Source: Steroidobacteraceae bacterium (lineage in GTDB: Bacteria; Pseudomonadota; Gammaproteobacteria; Steroidobacterales; Steroidobacteraceae). Taken from it: 64,000 nt of DNA. The notes beneath the pieces were generated by a model. The model was not told where the DNA came from, did no database searches, and saw only the letters and a list, made by a program, of their open reading frames with translations. Of the stretch, positions 47,667 to 56,485 are shown in pieces. Location: positions 3,002 through 67,001 of the forward strand of contig JBFWZQ010000014.1 of assembly GCA_050185195.1 (NCBI GenBank). The letters are read 5' to 3'. Every line of letters begins with the position of its first letter. Position 1 is the first letter of the stretch. Position numbers and translations under genes: made by a program.

Positions 47667-48974
47667 CTAAGCGCGGACGATCGATCGAACGTCGACTACA
47701 TACATCTGCCTTTGGTGCTCGTGCACCGAGTCGATGCACACTTCATCGCCAGTCCGGCTCCAGCGGGGGTGCAGGTCGCAGCGGTTCACCTTGCCGAGCC
47801 TGGGGTCGGTGTAGAAACGACCGATGTCGTGTCGCCGCGCGGTGAGCGTGTCGAACAGGATCAGCAGGCGATGGTCGGTCTCGTCCGGATACGTATCCGA
47901 GAGAATCCAGCGCTTGTCAGGCGAATAGGTCATGTGCCCGTTCTCCGTGAGGCACTCGCGGCCGATGACCTCGACCTTGTCGCTGCGGTCGGTGTACAGG
48001 TGGTAGTGCGCTTCGTGCGCATGCGGCCCCCAGATCAACACGTGGTTGTCGTCACGCCAGGTGGGATGCGAGAGCTGATAAATCGACTTCTCGTAGTCGA
48101 AGATGCCCGCCTCCGTTCCAGCCGCAGCCGGGAGCGGCGCGAGGGGATGATCGCCGCATTCGAGCAGGGTGAGCTCGCTCCCGTCTGGGTTGACCGTGAA
48201 CAGGCGATGCAGCCAGCGCGTCTCATCGTCGAAGCACTCCGTCCAGCGATGCAGGAAGAGAAAGCGCTTCGAGCCCGGCGCAATTTCCAGATGCGTAACC
48301 CAGTGAAACGCGCGCTCCATCGAGGCGACCGGCTGAAACTCCCGCAGCTTGCGCAGGTCGACGATCAGTTCATGCACACCGGTCGCGATATCCATTCGCC
48401 GGATGCCTTCGTTCGACGGCGCCGGGTCGAGTGGAGCGTGAGCCGTATGTGGGAAATAGCCGATGGTCGGGTGAGCGAGCTGGAGCCGGTCGTAGTCGAT
48501 GCATAGCGCATATTCGCCGTTCGGCGCGACGACATAGACGGGCAGCGGCAGCGTTCGGCGCTCGCCGCTTTCCAGATCGGCCAACGTCGAGCCGAAATCG
48601 GGATAGGCGCCACCGGCAGCGAACGAACGGGTATTGAAGATCACGCTGGACCGCGTGTTCTCCAGCCATTGCAGCTGGCAGCCCATCTGAAAATTCCACG
48701 TCGTGGTTTCACCGAACGCCCGAAATGCCCCGCCCCGATCCAGGTCGAACACACCCACTTCGGCCGCGAAATGGATACCGAGCTGCCCCTGCATCGCATC
48801 GACCCGATGGGCAAGAAGCCGCCGCCCATCTGCGCTCCAGACCGGCTTGTTGTAATAGCCGAAGAAATGATGGGCGCTACCGTCGCCCAGTCGCACGACG
48901 GGACACTCCATCCACTGCGCCGGGGCGGCGACGGTGGCTGCGCTGTTCTGCTCCTGCATCTTGAACCTCATCAT
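47667..48974 (-). CDS. Cytoplasmic beta-propeller protein, TolB-like / PL22 oligogalacturonate-lyase-like
   Basis: 435-aa ORF with no signal peptide. HHFFGYYNKPVWSADGRRLL near the N-terminus and CDLHPRWSRTGDEVCIDSVHEHQRQMYVVDV at the C-terminus resemble the blade pattern remembered from PL22/TolB-type propellers. Confidence 0.5.
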   Translation of the reverse strand: MMRFKMQEQNSAATVAAPAQWMECPVVRLGDGSAHHFFGYYNKPVWSADGRRLLAHRVDAMQGQLGIHFAAEVGVFDLDRGGAFRAFGETTTWNFQMGCQLQWLENTRSSVIFNTRSFAAGGAYPDFGSTLADLESGERRTLPLPVYVVAPNGEYALCIDYDRLQLAHPTIGYFPHTAHAPLDPAPSNEGIRRMDIATGVHELIVDLRKLREFQPVASMERAFHWVTHLEIAPGSKRFLFLHRWTECFDDETRWLHRLFTVNPDGSELTLLECGDHPLAPLPAAAGTEAGIFDYEKSIYQLSHPTWRDDNHVLIWGPHAHEAHYHLYTDRSDKVEVIGRECLTENGHMTYSPDKRWILSDTYPDETDHRLLILFDTLTARRHDIGRFYTDPRLGKVNRCDLHPRWSRTGDEVCIDSVHEHQRQMYVVDVRSIVRA

Positions 48975-50467
48975 TTCCTGTTCGCGTCGATCGCGGCTGC
49001 GGCCATCGCCTTCGCCCGTGCGAGCACCGTATCGGTGGTGCCGAACCAGTCCGTCGGCACGGGCTCCATCGGAACATCCGGGGCAATGCCCACGGTGTCA
49101 TAGAGCTGCCCCGTTTTCTGGAAGGACGCCATGGTCGAGAGGTTGACCACGAGCTTGCTGTGCGGGAGCAGGAATTCCCGCCCGTGCCCGCTGCGCCCCA
49201 TGGTCGGCGTGCCGACCAGCGTTACATCGCGCCAATCCTTGAATGCCGACACGAAGATGTCGCCGGCACTGCCGATCCCCCAGTCGATCAGCACATAGAC
49301 GGGCCGGGAGTAGAAGCGCTTGAGCGGGTCCGCCCGCTGCGTCATGAAATACCAATCGGTGAACTTGCCCGCGGGGGGCGACCACACGGGCTGAAACGAG
49401 ACCGCAAACTGCCGGTAGGCCGCCGCTTCATCGGCGGGATTCTTCGGATTCTGCGCATAGAGCAGGCGTTTGTCCGGGCTGTCGAACACCGCGAGCGGAT
49501 CGAACGTCTTGTCGCCCTGCGGAATACGCACCTTGGCGACATTGAAGACATAGGGTGGAGAGCCCGGCGGCATGAAATAGGGGAACAGCGCATTCAGGAT
49601 TTCGCGCTTCCCGCCGCCCGATTGCCGGGCATCGATAATCAGCGCCTCGGTATTGCGAAACTCGCGCATCAGCCGGTCGATACTGTCCCGCAGCTCATCG
49701 CCCTCCTTGCCCCGGTGTGCGGCGACCCTGAGATAGCCGATGTTGCCGTCCAGGAGCCGGCTGTGCGCAGGCAGATTGAAGGGTTTCGTTGTCTCGTCAA
49801 GTGCTGTCGCAACGGGAAGCTTCAGGTGGATCGCACGTGCACCATCGGCCGACACCATCTCCAGCGCAATGTCCGGCCGGACCGGCAGCCCCATTTCGCC
49901 ACGCATGTAATTGATGTGGCGCATCAGCCGCACGCCGCGCGCAAAGCGTGCTGCCGCCGAGCTGAGTGGCCCCTGGCCAATATCCCCCGCAACCCGGAAC
50001 CACTCCTCGATGAGCACGCCATCGATCGATCGGACGAATGGAAAGTCGGCGTTCACGAATCCCGCGGGCGCGCCCGAGTAGAGAAAGTAGCGCTTGTCCG
50101 CTTTGCCGAACTGAAATGACGTGTACCCCGGCGGCACCCGTGCCGCCCAGTCGATCACTTGCGCATGATCGTCACCGAAAAGCCGGACGAGCTTGTTGAT
50201 TTGCGTCGATAGCCCGTTGACGGAGACCTTGTCGGGGAGCTTCGCCTGCATGCGCTCGATCGACTGCGCGAACGGAAACGTGACCGACCAGATGTACGAG
50301 CTGTTGCCACCGATGCACTCCTTCAGGACTTCCAGATCCGCCGCAGCCTCGGTCCGGCTGATGTACGTATCGTTGTCCTTTCGACCCAGATCGTTGCGCC
50401 CCAGATCCGCGTACACCACTGGCACGCCGCACAACGCCACGAGAGCCGGCCACATCAACGAGGTCAT
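48971..50467 (-). CDS. S41-family peptidase (tail-specific-protease-like), secreted
   Basis: ORF 48971..50566 trimmed to MTSLMWPALVALCGVPVVYA. Motifs LIIDARQSGGG and IDWGIGSAGDIFVSAFK (nucleophile Ser region). Confidence 0.7.
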   Translation of the reverse strand: MTSLMWPALVALCGVPVVYADLGRNDLGRKDNDTYISRTEAAADLEVLKECIGGNSSYIWSVTFPFAQSIERMQAKLPDKVSVNGLSTQINKLVRLFGDDHAQVIDWAARVPPGYTSFQFGKADKRYFLYSGAPAGFVNADFPFVRSIDGVLIEEWFRVAGDIGQGPLSSAAARFARGVRLMRHINYMRGEMGLPVRPDIALEMVSADGARAIHLKLPVATALDETTKPFNLPAHSRLLDGNIGYLRVAAHRGKEGDELRDSIDRLMREFRNTEALIIDARQSGGGKREILNALFPYFMPPGSPPYVFNVAKVRIPQGDKTFDPLAVFDSPDKRLLYAQNPKNPADEAAAYRQFAVSFQPVWSPPAGKFTDWYFMTQRADPLKRFYSRPVYVLIDWGIGSAGDIFVSAFKDWRDVTLVGTPTMGRSGHGREFLLPHSKLVVNLSTMASFQKTGQLYDTVGIAPDVPMEPVPTDWFGTTDTVLARAKAMAAAAIDANRK

Positions 50468-50481
50468 GGGTTGTCCTTCAC

Positions 50482-51216
50482 TCAATGGCTGATGATCTTC
50501 GAAAGAAAACGTTGCGCACGCTCCGAGCATGCGCTTGCGGGGCCGAAGAACCGCTCGCTCGCGCAATCATCGATGATCCGTCCGGCGTCCATGAAGATGA
50601 CCCGGTCCGAAACCTTGCGCGCGAATCCCATCTCGTGCGTCACGCATATCATCGTCATGCCGTCGCGGGCCAACTCGGTCATGACATCGAGCACTTCATT
50701 GACCATTTCCGGGTCCAGCGAGGACGTGGGCTCATCGAACAGCATATACGCAGGATCCATGCACAAGGCGCGTGCGATTGCCACGCGCTGCTGCTGGCCA
50801 CCGGAAAGCTGCCCGGGATGCTTCGTTGCGAACTTCCCCAGGCCGACCCGCTCCAGGTATCGCATGGCGCGCGCGTGCGCCTCCTCAGGCTTGCGCTTGA
50901 GCACCTTGACTTGCGCGAAGACCAGGTTGCGCAGAACCGTCATGTGCGGGAACAACTCAAAGTGCTGAAAGACCATGCCGACGCGCGCACGGATCGCCGG
51001 CAGCAATTTCGCCGGCCCCGGCATGGCCAGGTCGTCGATACGGATTCTCCCCTGCTGCATCGGTTCGAGCCCGTTGATGCATTTGATGAGTGTCGATTTC
51101 CCGGAGCCCGAAGGTCCGCAAACGACGACGACTTCGCCAGTCGCCACGTGCGTGGTGCAGTCGTAGAGAACCTGCGTAGATCCATACCACTTGGAGACGT
51201 TCTCTATGCTGATCAT
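50482..51216 (-). CDS. Polar amino acid ABC transporter ATP-binding protein (GltL/GlnQ-like)
   Basis: Walker A GPSGSGKST; signature LSGGQQQRVAIARAL; Walker B MLFDEPTSSLD. Confidence 0.9.
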   Translation of the reverse strand: MISIENVSKWYGSTQVLYDCTTHVATGEVVVVCGPSGSGKSTLIKCINGLEPMQQGRIRIDDLAMPGPAKLLPAIRARVGMVFQHFELFPHMTVLRNLVFAQVKVLKRKPEEAHARAMRYLERVGLGKFATKHPGQLSGGQQQRVAIARALCMDPAYMLFDEPTSSLDPEMVNEVLDVMTELARDGMTMICVTHEMGFARKVSDRVIFMDAGRIIDDCASERFFGPASACSERAQRFLSKIISH

Positions 51217-51893
51217 GTCAATACTTTCCTGCCCGACCAGTGCTCGACCAGCTTCGAGGCCGCGAAGCATAGAATGAAATATACGCCACCCGCGAACAGA
51301 TACAGCTCGACCAGCCGGCTGTCTCTTTGGCCGATCTTGGTCGCGGCACCGAGGAAATCGCTCACGCTGATGACATAGACCAGCGACGTGTCCTGGAAGA
51401 TGATGATTGCCTTGGTGAGTATCAGCGGCATCATGGCGCGAAATGCCTGCGGCAGAACGATGTAGCGCATTGCTTGGGCCCGCGTCATGCCGAGAGCGAG
51501 CGCCGCACTCCTCTGGCCCCGGCCGACACTGAGAATGCCGGCACGGATGACCTCGCAGAAGTAGGCGGCTTCGAACACCACATAGGCGATGAATGCCGAG
51601 TAATAGGGGCCGATCGGGGTGTATGTGCCCCGGACCGCTTCGATGAGCGTGGGCACCAGCAGGTAGAACCAGAAGATCGCGAGTACCAGGGGTATAGAGC
51701 GAAACAGCGTGACGTAGCCGCTCGCGAACGACGACACCCAGGTGTTCGTGGACAGGCGCATCAGGGCGAGGCCCGTCCCAAGCATGAGCCCGCCGATGAG
51801 CGAAGCGATCAGCAGCCCGAGCGAGAACGCCATGCCTTGCAACAGGAAAGGCATCGCGTCAGGCAGCACGCCCCAGTCGAACGCGTAGTTCAT
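51213..51893 (-). CDS. Amino acid ABC transporter permease (GltK-like)
   Basis: C-terminal 226 codons of ORF 51213..52538. EAA-like region AALALGMTRAQAMRYIVLPQA. ATGA overlaps at both ends. Confidence 0.85.
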   Translation of the reverse strand: MNYAFDWGVLPDAMPFLLQGMAFSLGLLIASLIGGLMLGTGLALMRLSTNTWVSSFASGYVTLFRSIPLVLAIFWFYLLVPTLIEAVRGTYTPIGPYYSAFIAYVVFEAAYFCEVIRAGILSVGRGQRSAALALGMTRAQAMRYIVLPQAFRAMMPLILTKAIIIFQDTSLVYVISVSDFLGAATKIGQRDSRLVELYLFAGGVYFILCFAASKLVEHWSGRKVLT

Positions 51894-52609
51894 CGCGCCA
51901 GCCGCGCTTCTATCGCGTGCATGAGCCGCGTCACCGCCTGCGCGATGAGAAAGTACAGCAGCGTCGCCACGATGAACGCCTCGAAAATGTGCCCGGTGAA
52001 TTCCCCGATCTGGCGGCTTTGCGCGGTGAGCTCCAGCAGGCCGATGGTCAATACCGCCGCGGAGTTCTTGAAGACGTTCAGGAACTCCGAAGTCAAAGGC
52101 GGCATGATGATGCGAAACGCCGTGGGCAAGAGCACGTAGCGATAAACCTGCCGGCGTTTCAGCCCGAGCGCGAGTCCGGCGCTGAACTGCCCGGCGGGCT
52201 GCGCTTCGATGCCCGCACGCACCTGCTCGCAAACCCGAGCCGCGGTGAAGAGACCGAGACAGAGGGTAGCGGTCGCGAACTGGACAAGCACCGGGTGCGC
52301 GCGATTGATCGCATCCTGAAGAGCGACCGGCAGAAACACCGGCGCGATGTAATACCAGAGCAACAGCTGCACCAGCAGCGGGACATTGCGGAAGAGTTCG
52401 ACATAGATGCCGACGGCGGCTCGCAGCGGCCGTAGCTGAAGCGTACGCGCAACTCCCAGCATCACGCCGAGCGCCAGTGCGATCATCCAGGCGAGCAGCG
52501 AGATCCCGACCGTCAGCCCCAGGCCGAACAGTATCCACTCGACGTAGCGGCCGCTGCCGGTGATCGTCGTCTCGAGGAACACGCCCCAGTTCCAGTCGTA
52601 GCTCATCAT
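51890..52609 (-). CDS. Amino acid ABC transporter permease (GltJ-like)
   Basis: 239-aa ORF. EAA-like region AGLALGLKRRQVYRYVLLPTA. Confidence 0.85.
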   Translation of the reverse strand: MMSYDWNWGVFLETTITGSGRYVEWILFGLGLTVGISLLAWMIALALGVMLGVARTLQLRPLRAAVGIYVELFRNVPLLVQLLLWYYIAPVFLPVALQDAINRAHPVLVQFATATLCLGLFTAARVCEQVRAGIEAQPAGQFSAGLALGLKRRQVYRYVLLPTAFRIIMPPLTSEFLNVFKNSAAVLTIGLLELTAQSRQIGEFTGHIFEAFIVATLLYFLIAQAVTRLMHAIEARLAR

Positions 52610-52610
52610 T

Positions 52611-53540
52611 TCATTGCAGCGGCAGATCGTTGGGTGCGGCGAATAGCGCCTCTAGCGCACCGTCGAGCGGCACGCCGAGGTTCACCCCGCGGGGTGGAAT
52701 CGGCGATTGAAACCATCGTACGTACAATTCTCGCATCGTTCCCGCACGCATCATCGTGACGATCGTCCGATCTGCGATCGCCTTGAACGACGGATCCGCC
52801 TTGCGCATTCCGCAGGCATAAACCTCCTTTGTCAGCGGCGTGCCGACCACATGCCATTCGCCCGGGTTCTTCGCCTTCGACATCTCCCCGAACAGGATCG
52901 CGTCGTCGCTCATGAAGGCCACCACCTTGCCAAATTCGAGCGCGACGAAGGCATCACCGTGGTCACGTGCGGCGACGACACGAATGCCGAGTCCGCGTGT
53001 GGCGTTGAGGCGGCGAAGCGCGATCTCGGAAGTCGTGCCCGCGGAGACGACGACATTGCGGCCGGCCAGGTCCTCGACGTCACGTATGCCGCTGGTCTTC
53101 TTCACGAGAAACCGCGTCCCGGCGATGAAATAGTTGATCGAGAATGCGATCTGGCGCCTCCTGCTCGTGTTGTTGGTCATCGTTCCGCATTCGAGATCGA
53201 TCGTGTTGTTCACCAGCAGGGGAATGCGCGTCTGGGACGTCACCGGGACGAGATTGATCTGCAACTCAGGTAACTGGAGCTCTTTCGCGACCTCGCGGGC
53301 GATTGCGATCGAAATATCGTGGGCGTAGCCGACGACCCGCTGCTGATTGTCGAAATACGAGAACGGGATGCTGTTCTCGCGGTGCCCGAGCGTGATCGTG
53401 CGGGTCCTTGCGATTTTCTCGAGCGTTGTCGGCGCCTGCCCCGCTGCGGCCGGTCCTTCCCTGCCGCAGCCTGCCAGCAGAATGATCGTGCCGCCGACGA
53501 TCGCGAGCGTTGCGTGCCGCCGGGTCGGAGTCCTTCGCAT
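52611..53540 (-). CDS. Amino acid ABC transporter substrate-binding lipoprotein (Glu/Asp GltI-like, family 3 SBP)
   Basis: ORF 52611..53570, probable start MRRTPTRRHATLAIVGGTIILLAGC (lipobox). Strings ITLGHRENSIPFSY and DLECGTMTNN. Confidence 0.8.
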   Translation of the reverse strand: MRRTPTRRHATLAIVGGTIILLAGCGREGPAAAGQAPTTLEKIARTRTITLGHRENSIPFSYFDNQQRVVGYAHDISIAIAREVAKELQLPELQINLVPVTSQTRIPLLVNNTIDLECGTMTNNTSRRRQIAFSINYFIAGTRFLVKKTSGIRDVEDLAGRNVVVSAGTTSEIALRRLNATRGLGIRVVAARDHGDAFVALEFGKVVAFMSDDAILFGEMSKAKNPGEWHVVGTPLTKEVYACGMRKADPSFKAIADRTIVTMMRAGTMRELYVRWFQSPIPPRGVNLGVPLDGALEALFAAPNDLPLQ

Positions 53541-53575
53541 CGCCTGCAATCGTACGCCAAGTCCGCGCAAAGACG

Positions 53576-56410
53576 TCAGAACTGCAGTTGCACGCCAACA
53601 CTCACCGATCGGCCCTGCAGCCCATAGATCGCATTGGTATTGTAGACGCGATTGCTGATCGAGCCCGCCGGCAGGAAGGGTACATCGGCGTCAAAGACGT
53701 CGCGCAGCGTGCCGAAGAACCTCATTTCGACTTTGCCGATGGTGGGCGTGAAAGTCAGGCTGAGATCGTGGCGCACATGGGCGTCGATGTTCAGGACCAG
53801 CGGCTCGGTGACCCCGTTCTCTGCAAAGAAGCTCTTGCGCTCGTTGCTGTCCACCGCCTCGCCGATATAGACGGTGGTCCAGTCCGCGGAGAACTTCCGA
53901 TAGGTCCAATCCAGGCTGGCGCGTGCTTGGAGCTTCGGATTGTTCAGCTCTCCCAGGAAGCTGACCAGTTGTTCGCCGTCGACAACCTGGATCTTCTGCT
54001 CTGCCTTCAGCCGGCGAGTGATGTTCAGCCCGATCGAAAAATCCCCGCTTGTGGCCGCCGGATCTCCGAGGCCATAGCGCACGGCGAAATCGACCCCGGC
54101 AACGCGCATCTCATTCAGATTCTCGGATTGATTGAGGATCCGGGTGATCTGTCCGCCTGGATCGCGCGTGACCAGACCGCAGAACCGATTGTTTGCATCC
54201 GTCGCGTTCACATAGCACTCACCAAGGATCGTCTCGTTGGTCAGCTCGCCGATCGCATCACTGATCTTGATATCGTAGTAGTCGACACTTGCGACGAGGC
54301 GGGGCAACGGATTGATCACCACCCCGAGAGTGAACGTATCTGCCGCCTCCTCCTTCAGATCGGGATTGCCGCTGCTTGGCCCATTGATGCCGGGAGCCTC
54401 CTGAATGAACACGCCTTCAGCAGCAATCGCAGCGGCAATGCCTGGATTGGCACGGCAATTGTCCGCCAGGGTCCCGCTCGTCGATGCCGTGACGCCGCTG
54501 CAAGGATCGACCACGTTGTCGGCGTCATCCATGGCCGGCGAGTTGAGCTCGGTCAGATCCGGGGCGCGTAGTGCGCGGCTAAACGCGGCGCGCAACCGTA
54601 CCGACGGAATCGGCGACCACTGTCCGCCGATGCGCGAGCTGAAGATCGTGCCCACGTTGTCGAGACTGTAGTCAGCGACTCGAAGCGCCCCGTCGAGGGT
54701 CAAACGATGGACGAATGACTTGTCCGCCAATAGCGGCACGGAGACCTCCGTATAGGCTTCCTTGACGCGCACTTCACCCGAGTACTCGGGGATCGCGCTG
54801 ACCGATGTAAGCCCCGCGGCATTGATCGGATCGACGACGCTACGGGTCGTGTCTTCGCGCAACTCAAAGCCGAAGACGGTCTGCAATGCGCCTGCCGGAA
54901 GCTCGACCGGCGATCCGGTGACATAGCCCGACAGCGTCTGCTGCTCGTTGCGATAATCCCAGACCGCGAGCGCGCCGATGTACTGCGCCGCCTCGGGTGT
55001 TATCGAACCGACGCCGAAAATATTGAGCGGCACACAGCCATTCGCCCGCGCCACGGCATCGCGGCAGCGGATGGTTCCGTCGGGCAGTCGTTCTGCATCC
55101 AATGCCAGGGCGACGTTGGGCATGTTGATGCCGCCGTCACGTTCCTGCCTGCCCTCCGATTGACCGTAACCGTAGGCCACATTCCAGGTCCAGTCGTTGA
55201 GGAAATTGCCGTCCGCGCCGAGCCAGGCGCGATACGTATCGCGCTGATTGAAGCGTGTGCGATTGCCGAGCTCCGATGCGCGACGCTGGAATGAAATTCC
55301 CGAGGCAGGGGCAGCCGCCGCGATTTCGGCCGGCACGAACGGATTAGTGCGCGCGATGGGTCGCAGTCGCAACTGACCGAGGGAACCGTAAGTGGACGTG
55401 CTCGTGAAGTTATCGGGCTCGCGCTCCGATCGTGTTGTTACCCAGGATCCGATTGCCGTCGCCCATAACCGTGCACTCGGCGTCAGAGCGAAGGTCGCCT
55501 TGAGGGCGGCGCTCGCGCTCTCGCGCGGCGTGACCAATGTGGTCGCTTCGCGGACGTCGTAGCCGTCCTGCAATGGATCGTAGCCGTCGTGCAAGCCGTC
55601 TTCGTCGTAGAAGAACCTGCTCAGGAACCTGCCGCCGGGAATCGAGGTGGAAAGATCCGGCTGTGTCAGGGTATTGGTCACGGGGTCGAATCTCACCGAG
55701 CGCGTAGCGTAGTCGCGTTCGGTCGCCTTTAGGCCGTAGTCCTTGCGATAACTCCCGCCCACCAGCAGTGAGAGGCGATCATCGGCGAGCATCGTGCCGG
55801 CCAGCAGTGAAGTCTCGAGGGTTTCAGCACCGCCCTCCGTCGCCGCGCCGCCGCCGGCGCGCACCTTGACGCCCTCGAACTTGTTCAACGTGATGAGGTT
55901 GACCACACCGGAGATGGCATCCGAGCCGTAGACCGCGGAGGCGCCGCCCGTCATGACTTCGACGCGCTCGACGAAGAACTCCGGAATCGTGCTCAGGCTC
56001 ACCACATTGCCCGTGCCCGAGTTCGACACGGTGCGACGGCCATCGATCAAGGTCAGCGTGCGGTTCGCGCCGAGACCACGCAGGCTGATCGTACTGAGGC
56101 CGTTGTCCGTGATCGAATTCTGGTTGTTGGAAAGGCTCCCCGCCAGGTCGACACCCGGCATATCCGTGAGCGCCTCTGCGATATCGGTCGCACCTCTTTC
56201 CAGCAGAGCTTCCTGCGGCACGTCGACTATGGGCGCCGGCGCATCGAAAACGTTGCGCGGCAGGCGCGATCCGGTGACGAGGACTTCCTCCGGATCAACT
56301 CCCGACGAAGCCGGGACCGCCCTGACGGGTTCGGCTTCGCCGCCGATGGCGTAGCCCACTGGAATCGCGAGCGCGATGATCGCGGTATGCCGTATTGTGT
56401 TCTTGAACAT
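53576..56410 (-). CDS. TonB-dependent receptor
   Basis: ORF 53576..56425 trimmed to MFKNTIRHTAIIALAIPVGYA. Plug start EEVLVTGSRL...; terminal ...SVGVQLQF. Confidence 0.9.
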   Translation of the reverse strand: MFKNTIRHTAIIALAIPVGYAIGGEAEPVRAVPASSGVDPEEVLVTGSRLPRNVFDAPAPIVDVPQEALLERGATDIAEALTDMPGVDLAGSLSNNQNSITDNGLSTISLRGLGANRTLTLIDGRRTVSNSGTGNVVSLSTIPEFFVERVEVMTGGASAVYGSDAISGVVNLITLNKFEGVKVRAGGGAATEGGAETLETSLLAGTMLADDRLSLLVGGSYRKDYGLKATERDYATRSVRFDPVTNTLTQPDLSTSIPGGRFLSRFFYDEDGLHDGYDPLQDGYDVREATTLVTPRESASAALKATFALTPSARLWATAIGSWVTTRSEREPDNFTSTSTYGSLGQLRLRPIARTNPFVPAEIAAAAPASGISFQRRASELGNRTRFNQRDTYRAWLGADGNFLNDWTWNVAYGYGQSEGRQERDGGINMPNVALALDAERLPDGTIRCRDAVARANGCVPLNIFGVGSITPEAAQYIGALAVWDYRNEQQTLSGYVTGSPVELPAGALQTVFGFELREDTTRSVVDPINAAGLTSVSAIPEYSGEVRVKEAYTEVSVPLLADKSFVHRLTLDGALRVADYSLDNVGTIFSSRIGGQWSPIPSVRLRAAFSRALRAPDLTELNSPAMDDADNVVDPCSGVTASTSGTLADNCRANPGIAAAIAAEGVFIQEAPGINGPSSGNPDLKEEAADTFTLGVVINPLPRLVASVDYYDIKISDAIGELTNETILGECYVNATDANNRFCGLVTRDPGGQITRILNQSENLNEMRVAGVDFAVRYGLGDPAATSGDFSIGLNITRRLKAEQKIQVVDGEQLVSFLGELNNPKLQARASLDWTYRKFSADWTTVYIGEAVDSNERKSFFAENGVTEPLVLNIDAHVRHDLSLTFTPTIGKVEMRFFGTLRDVFDADVPFLPAGSISNRVYNTNAIYGLQGRSVSVGVQLQF

Positions 56411-56485
56411 ATCCAGCCCCCTCACTTGATCTCTGGTTGCTCGTGCGTGTATCCCGGATGCGCGATCCGCGGACGTGATGGCGAA

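Noticed and set aside
48971-50467. Apparent replacement of the S41 catalytic lysine (the usual ...TFGKG... string) by Arg in GTPTMGRSGHG, which would suggest an inactive or variant peptidase.
   Set aside because: S41 subfamilies differ in their catalytic partner residue, as in tricorn-type members. My alignment is by eye only, which is not reliable enough to claim a catalytic substitution.
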